Source of the DNA: Spirochaetales bacterium
GTDB lineage: Bacteria; Spirochaetota; Spirochaetia; JABEVK01
Reading direction: 5' to 3'
DNA length: 22,219 nt
NCBI GenBank assembly: GCA_037142615.1
Contig: JBAXAI010000051.1
Location: forward strand, 1 to 22,219
Under the pieces are notes generated by a model. It ran no database searches and was not told the origin of the DNA. It saw nothing but the letters and a program-made list of their open reading frames with translations. Positions 15,707-22,219 of the stretch are shown here, piece by piece. Made by a program: the position numbers and the translations under genes. Numbering within the stretch: position 1 is the stretch's first letter; each line of letters opens with the position of its first letter.

Positions 15707-16297
15707 ATGAGACGCCTTGCGTGCCTACTGCTTCTGCTCCCCTCGCTTGCCTGGGCGCACCCCCACGAATGGGTCGATTGGAGCGCCGGCCTCGTGCTCG
15801 ACGAAGGCAAGCCACTTGTGGTGAAGTCGATCACGCTCGAACTCACGTGGGACGAATGGTTTTCGAGCCTGGTATTCACCGATTTTCCGCAGATTTCCAC
15901 CAAAACGATGCGTCCTGCCGACCTGTCGATGCTCGATCGCACCTACGGCTTCGCGTCGTCCCTGCGGGCCACGAGCCTGACGGTGCTGTGGAAGGGCAAA
16001 CCGCTGACCCTGCCCAAGCCGGTCCCGCTGCCTCCCGTCGGGGGCACCAAGACGGTGACGCTGGTGTACTCGTTGCCGCTGGGCCTCAAAATCGACGCAC
16101 CCGGCGAGCTCCGCGTGTGCCTGTTCGACCCCACCTACTACACCGACATGGGCATCAGCGCCAAGAAAGGCGCCTTTTTCGTCGGGGTGAAAGATCCCTC
16201 CAAATACAAAGACAGCTTTAGCTTCGAGCAGGACTTCGACCATCCGTACTACGGCGGCGTTTACCCCGAAGTGGTGGTTTTTCAGCTCGGTAGTTGA
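15707..16297 (+). CDS. DUF1007-family periplasmic metal-binding protein
   Basis: Signal peptide ending AWA followed by HPHEWVD; WDEWFS; FDPTYYTD. Confidence 0.85.
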   Translation: MRRLACLLLLLPSLAWAHPHEWVDWSAGLVLDEGKPLVVKSITLELTWDEWFSSLVFTDFPQISTKTMRPADLSMLDRTYGFASSLRATSLTVLWKGKPLTLPKPVPLPPVGGTKTVTLVYSLPLGLKIDAPGELRVCLFDPTYYTDMGISAKKGAFFVGVKDPSKYKDSFSFEQDFDHPYYGGVYPEVVVFQLGS

Positions 16298-16329
16298 TAG
16301 AATGGACAGATAACCTCCGCTGGAGCACC

Positions 16330-17787
16330 ATGAAAACCTCGATCGACACCCTCAACCCGCCCTTGGTCTGGAAGCAATTCGCCGCGCTGTCGGCCATTCC
16401 CCGCTGTTCGCGCGACGAAGAAAAGGTTCTGGCCCACCTGAAAGGCCAGTTTGACGTTTGGGGCTATTCCTGGTCGCAAGACGCCGTGGGCAATCTGGTG
16501 GCCCGCAAGCCGGCCAGCCCCGGCAAAGAAAAGGCCCCGGTCGTCATCCTGCAAAGTCACGTCGACATGGTGTGCGAGCAAAACCGCGGGCGGGGGCACG
16601 ACTTCCGCTGCGACCCCATCGACCTGATTGTCGACGGCGAGTGGTTGCGCGCCAACGAAACCACCTTGGGCGCCGACAACGGCATTGGCGTGGCCATGAT
16701 TTTGGCGGTCCTTCAAGACAAAACCCTCGTTCACGGTCCGCTCGAAGCTCTGTTCACCGTCGATGAAGAAACCGCGCTCACCGGCGCGTTGGGGCTCGAC
16801 CCCCAGCTGCTCACCGGCAAAATCCTGCTCAACCTCGACAGCGAAGAGGTGGGCCACTTCACCGTGGGCTGCGCCGGCGGAATCACCACCTGGTCGGAAC
16901 TTCCTGTGGGCGCCGTTCCCCCCCGTCAGTCTCACGGCTGGACGGTGTTTCTCAGCGGCTTGCGCGGCGGCCATTCCGGCGTCAACATCCACGAGCAGCG
17001 AGGCAATGCCCTCAAGCTGGCTGAACGCCTGGCCAGCTCGCTGTTCGCGGGTGCCGGCCAAGCCTTCGAGCTCGCGGGCCTCGAAGGCGGCGACAAACAC
17101 AACGCCATCCCCCGCGAGGCGTTGCTGACCCTCGCGGGCCCCGCCAACGGCGGCGACATCCTCGACACCGAGCTGGCCGACCTGTTGCCAGTTTGGGCGG
17201 CCGAACTGGGTCCCGAGGGCAAAAACCTCGCGTTTGAAGTGAAGTCGGCACCCCGGCCGGCCACGGTGCTCAGTCAGGACGGACGAACTCGCCTCCTCCA
17301 ACTGCTGGCGGCGCTGCCCGACGGGGTTCAGGGCATGAGCAAGGCGGTTCCCGGGTTAGTCGAGACCAGCTGCAACCTTGCCTCGCTGAAAATCGAAAGT
17401 GGGGTCGCGAAGCTCCTTTCGAGCCAGCGTTCCAGCGTGGCCAGCCAGAATGCTCTGATCACCCGACGGATCGCCGCAGCGGTCGCGTTGGCCGGTGGCT
17501 CCACCAAACATGGCGATGGCTACCCCGCCTGGACGCCGCGCGCGGCCAGCCCTCTGCGCGACTTGTGCGTTCGCCTGTGGGAAAAAACCAGCGGCAAAGA
17601 GGCCGTGGTCGAGCTCATCCACGCCGGCCTCGAGTGCGGCGTCATCGGCGACAAGATTCCCGGCATGGACATGATCAGCTTTGGCCCCGACATCCAGGGG
17701 GCCCACACGCCGCAAGAAAGAGTGCGCATTGAGTCGGTGAAGCAGACCCACGACCTGTTGCTGGGCCTGCTGCGCGAGCTGGTCTGA
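16330..17787 (+). CDS. pepD: aminoacyl-histidine dipeptidase (M20C)
   Basis: LQSHVDMVCE, TTLGADNGIG, FTVDEE, NLDSE, GGHSG, HAGLECG, SFGP, AHTPQE; GGAG SD. Confidence 0.93.
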   Translation: MKTSIDTLNPPLVWKQFAALSAIPRCSRDEEKVLAHLKGQFDVWGYSWSQDAVGNLVARKPASPGKEKAPVVILQSHVDMVCEQNRGRGHDFRCDPIDLIVDGEWLRANETTLGADNGIGVAMILAVLQDKTLVHGPLEALFTVDEETALTGALGLDPQLLTGKILLNLDSEEVGHFTVGCAGGITTWSELPVGAVPPRQSHGWTVFLSGLRGGHSGVNIHEQRGNALKLAERLASSLFAGAGQAFELAGLEGGDKHNAIPREALLTLAGPANGGDILDTELADLLPVWAAELGPEGKNLAFEVKSAPRPATVLSQDGRTRLLQLLAALPDGVQGMSKAVPGLVETSCNLASLKIESGVAKLLSSQRSSVASQNALITRRIAAAVALAGGSTKHGDGYPAWTPRAASPLRDLCVRLWEKTSGKEAVVELIHAGLECGVIGDKIPGMDMISFGPDIQGAHTPQERVRIESVKQTHDLLLGLLRELV

Positions 17788-17789
17788 CC

Positions 17790-18896
17790 GTGAAACTTCC
17801 CCGGATCGGCCTGATCGGCGGCGGTCAGTTGGCCCGCATGCTCATCTACCGCAACGCCAAGCTGGGGTTTCACTTCACTGTGCTTGATCCCGATGCGGCG
17901 GCGGGGGCAGCGCCGTTGGCCGACCGCTTTCTGCAGGGCAGCCTGTACGACCGCGAGGCGCTCACCGCACTGGTCACCACGTGCGACGTCACCACCTATG
18001 ATATTGAGCACTGCGACACCGAAGTCTTGGCCGAGTTGGAGGCCCAAGGCCACGTGATACTTCCATCGCCCCGGCTGCTTCAAACCGTCCAGGACAAGGT
18101 ACTTCAAAAGCAACTCTATCTGAGCAAAGGACTTCCTGTCGCACCCTTTGTCAATAAGACCTGGCATGACCTGGCCCCCGAGGACTTCCCGGTGGTGCAA
18201 AAGGCCCGCCGGGGGGGCTACGACGGCCGGGGAGTCGCGGTGCTGAGGTCGGCCGCCGACCAGCCCCTGACGGGCGACACCTACCTCGAGGCGCTGGTGA
18301 CCTACGAAAAGGAACTCGGCGTGATGGTGGCCCGCTCGGCCAGCGGCGAAACCGTGGTGTACCCGCCGGTCGAAATGCTGTTCGACCCGCATTGGCACAT
18401 CTGCACCGAGATTGTCGCCCCGGCTCCGGTGAGCCCTGCCGTCGAGGCGCGCGCCCGCGAACTCGCCGTGGCGGTGGTCGAAGCCCTCGGTGGCGTCGGG
18501 GTTTTCGGCGTCGAGCTGTTCCTGACGGCCACCGGACTGGTCGTGAACGAGGTGGCCCCCCGGCCGCACAACTCCGGGCACTACACGATGGAAGCCTGCC
18601 AGGTCTGTCAGTTCGAGAACCACCTCCGCGCCGTGGCCGGGTTGCCGCTGGGCCAGCCCGGCTTCTTCACCCCGGCTGCCATGGTCAACCTGCTCGGTCA
18701 GGGCTCCGGCACCACGGTGGTCGCAGGCCTCAAGGAAGCGCTGGCGGTACCCGGGTTTTCGCTGCACCTGTACGGCAAGACCCAATGCCGACCCGGGCGC
18801 AAAATGGGCCATTTTACCGTGACAGCGCCTAGCCCCGCGTTAGCTCTGGCAACCGCCCGCCGGATCAACGAGACTTTTCAAGTGACAGGAGCGTAA
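17790..18896 (+). CDS. purK: N5-carboxyaminoimidazole ribonucleotide synthase
   Basis: IGGGQLARM, GGYDGRG, NEVAPRPHNSGH, QFENHLRA, HLYGK, GRKMGH. Confidence 0.95.
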   Translation: MKLPRIGLIGGGQLARMLIYRNAKLGFHFTVLDPDAAAGAAPLADRFLQGSLYDREALTALVTTCDVTTYDIEHCDTEVLAELEAQGHVILPSPRLLQTVQDKVLQKQLYLSKGLPVAPFVNKTWHDLAPEDFPVVQKARRGGYDGRGVAVLRSAADQPLTGDTYLEALVTYEKELGVMVARSASGETVVYPPVEMLFDPHWHICTEIVAPAPVSPAVEARARELAVAVVEALGGVGVFGVELFLTATGLVVNEVAPRPHNSGHYTMEACQVCQFENHLRAVAGLPLGQPGFFTPAAMVNLLGQGSGTTVVAGLKEALAVPGFSLHLYGKTQCRPGRKMGHFTVTAPSPALALATARRINETFQVTGA

Positions 18897-18899
18897 ACT

Positions 18900-19439
18900 T
18901 TGGCCGATTTTGCCGGGGTGCAGGTGGGCATCCTCATGGGTAGTGACTCCGACCTCGAAGTGATGGCGCAGGCCGAAGCGATTCTGGCGTCGCTGGGCGT
19001 TGCCACCGAAATCCTCGTGGTCTCGGCTCACCGTACCCCCGCGCTTCTGGTTGAGTACACCCGCGCAGCCCGCGGGCGGGGGCTCCAGGTGCTCGTCGCT
19101 GGTGCCGGTGGCGCGGCGCACCTGCCCGGCATGGTGGCGTCGATGACCACCTTGCCCGTGGTCGGGGTTCCCATCCAGACCAAGGCTTTTCAGGGCCTCG
19201 ACAGTCTGTTGTCGATCGTGCAAATGCCGGCGGGAATCCCGGTGGCCACGGTGGCCGTGAACGGGGGCACCAACGCGGGTCTGCTGGCGGCGCGCATTCT
19301 GGCAAGCCACGATTCTGCCTTGGCCGACCGGCTTCAGGCTTACGCCGACCGGCTCGAGGCCGACGTGCTTGCCAAGAGCGACAAACTCCGCCGCCTCGGT
19401 GGTCAGGCCTACCTCAAGCTCCAGCCGGAGAACTCCTGA
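18900..19439 (+). CDS. purE: N5-CAIR mutase
   Basis: MGSDSD, VSAHRTP, AGAGGAAHLPGM, GLDSLLSIVQMPAGIPVATV; AGGAG SD with TTG start. Confidence 0.95.
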   Translation: MADFAGVQVGILMGSDSDLEVMAQAEAILASLGVATEILVVSAHRTPALLVEYTRAARGRGLQVLVAGAGGAAHLPGMVASMTTLPVVGVPIQTKAFQGLDSLLSIVQMPAGIPVATVAVNGGTNAGLLAARILASHDSALADRLQAYADRLEADVLAKSDKLRRLGGQAYLKLQPENS

Positions 19440-20670
19440 TGGCCAAAAAATCCGTGCTGATCATCGACGAATCGCCCTTGTTCCGTGACTACGTGGCCAA
19501 CAAGCTCGAAGCCTGCGACGTGGTGGTCATCAAGGCCACCAACGGCGTCGACGGCGCCAACAAAATCGCGCATCACAACCCCGACCTCATCATCAGCGAC
19601 TATTACCTGACCCAGCGCAGCCTGGTGCAAATTCTGCGCACCAAAAAGGTCGAGCCGTCGCAGTCGAGCATTCCCGTCGTTGTGGTCACAGCCCGCATCG
19701 CCCGCGACAAGCTGGTCGAACTGTCGCAGCTCGGGGTCCGCAAGATCTTCATGAAGCCGCTCAAGATCGACCAACTGTGGCAGTCGGTCGGCGAACTCCT
19801 GGGCGTCAAGATTCCGCTCGACGAAACCCCGTGCATCCTCGACGCCCACGTCAACGAAAACGTCATCTTTGTCGAGGTGGCGATGGGCCTCAACCTCGAA
19901 AAGATCAACCTGCTCGACTTCAAGATCAGCGAGCTGATGACCATTCACAACCTCGAGCTCCCTAAAATCCTGGTCATGCTTTCGGCCGTCGACTTCAAAG
20001 AGGCCGACGCGCCCAAACTCCGGCGTCTGTTCGAGATTCTGATCAACCTCACCCGCGGGCGCGTCAAATGGATCAAGGTGCTCACCCAGTCCAAGGCCGT
20101 TGAACAGACCCTGCGAGGGTTCTGGGAACTGAGCGACGTCACCATCACCGACAGCCTTGAAAAAGCGATGGACGAGCTGCTCGAAAAAGCCAACATTGAA
20201 GGTTTTGTCAAAGACAACGAAACCAGCGGATCCACGTCGCTCGAAATGCGGTTTGACAACGACGCCGCGCTCGAGGTGCTCAGCAAGCGCATGCAGGCCG
20301 AAGGCGGCGACCTGCACATCGCGGTGGTCGACGACGATTTCATCGTGCAGGAGATCATCAAGAACACCTTCGGGGCTTCCGGGGCCACGGTCGATACCTT
20401 CGATGACGGCCAAAACTTCCTCGAGGCCATTCCCGCCGACATCGACCTGCTGTTCCTCGACCTCATGATGCCCCGCGTCAACGGGTTTGAAGTGCTCGAC
20501 AAGCTCAAGGAACAGGGCTTCACCTGCCCCATCATTGTCTTGTCGGCGCTCTCACGGCGCGAAACCGTGCTCAAAGCCATGAGCTACGGCATCCGCAGCT
20601 ACATCACCAAGCCGCTCAAGCCCGATGATTTGCTGCGAAAAACCTACGAGATCGTCGGCTCGCACTTCTG

Positions 20671-20671
<1 letters not shown>
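19439..20671 (+). CDS. response regulator with two receiver domains and an unassigned middle domain
   Basis: N-terminal LIIDES..ISDY..MKP; C-terminal VVDDD..FLDLMMP..ITKP; no DNA-binding or enzymatic output domain recognised. Confidence 0.88.

Positions 20672-22219
<1,548 letters not shown>

Overview
High-GC bacterial DNA; a free-living spirochaete is my tentative guess, based on the lipoprotein types and the double-receiver regulator. The left ~10 kb is an accessory, variable region. It holds two direct copies (minus strand) of a translationally coupled gene pair: a 189-aa predicted outer-membrane beta-barrel and a lipoprotein with a stalk of Ig-like repeats. The two lipoproteins have 5 vs 3 repeats and unrelated C-terminal beta-propeller tips. 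Both copies sit behind a conserved promoter with the palindrome ATCGTAG-AA-CTACGAT. A third gene start with the same 20-bp leader lies at the left edge, next to an orphan LuxR-type C-terminal fragment and a possible IS/MITE end. Between the copies are two PIN-type toxin-antitoxin modules and two AAA_14/DUF4143 ATPases, one of them 5'-truncated. The right ~12 kb is more ordinary: two coiled-coil membrane proteins, an acyl-ACP thioesterase, a PilZ protein, a REC-HisKA_2 protein with a degenerate ATPase domain, bcp, a Zn/Mn ABC operon led by a Cys/His-rich ribbon-helix-helix regulator, a divergent DUF1007 protein, pepD, purK, purE, a REC-REC regulator and a hybrid histidine kinase that runs off the end. 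All family assignments are from motif recognition by eye; no searches were run.
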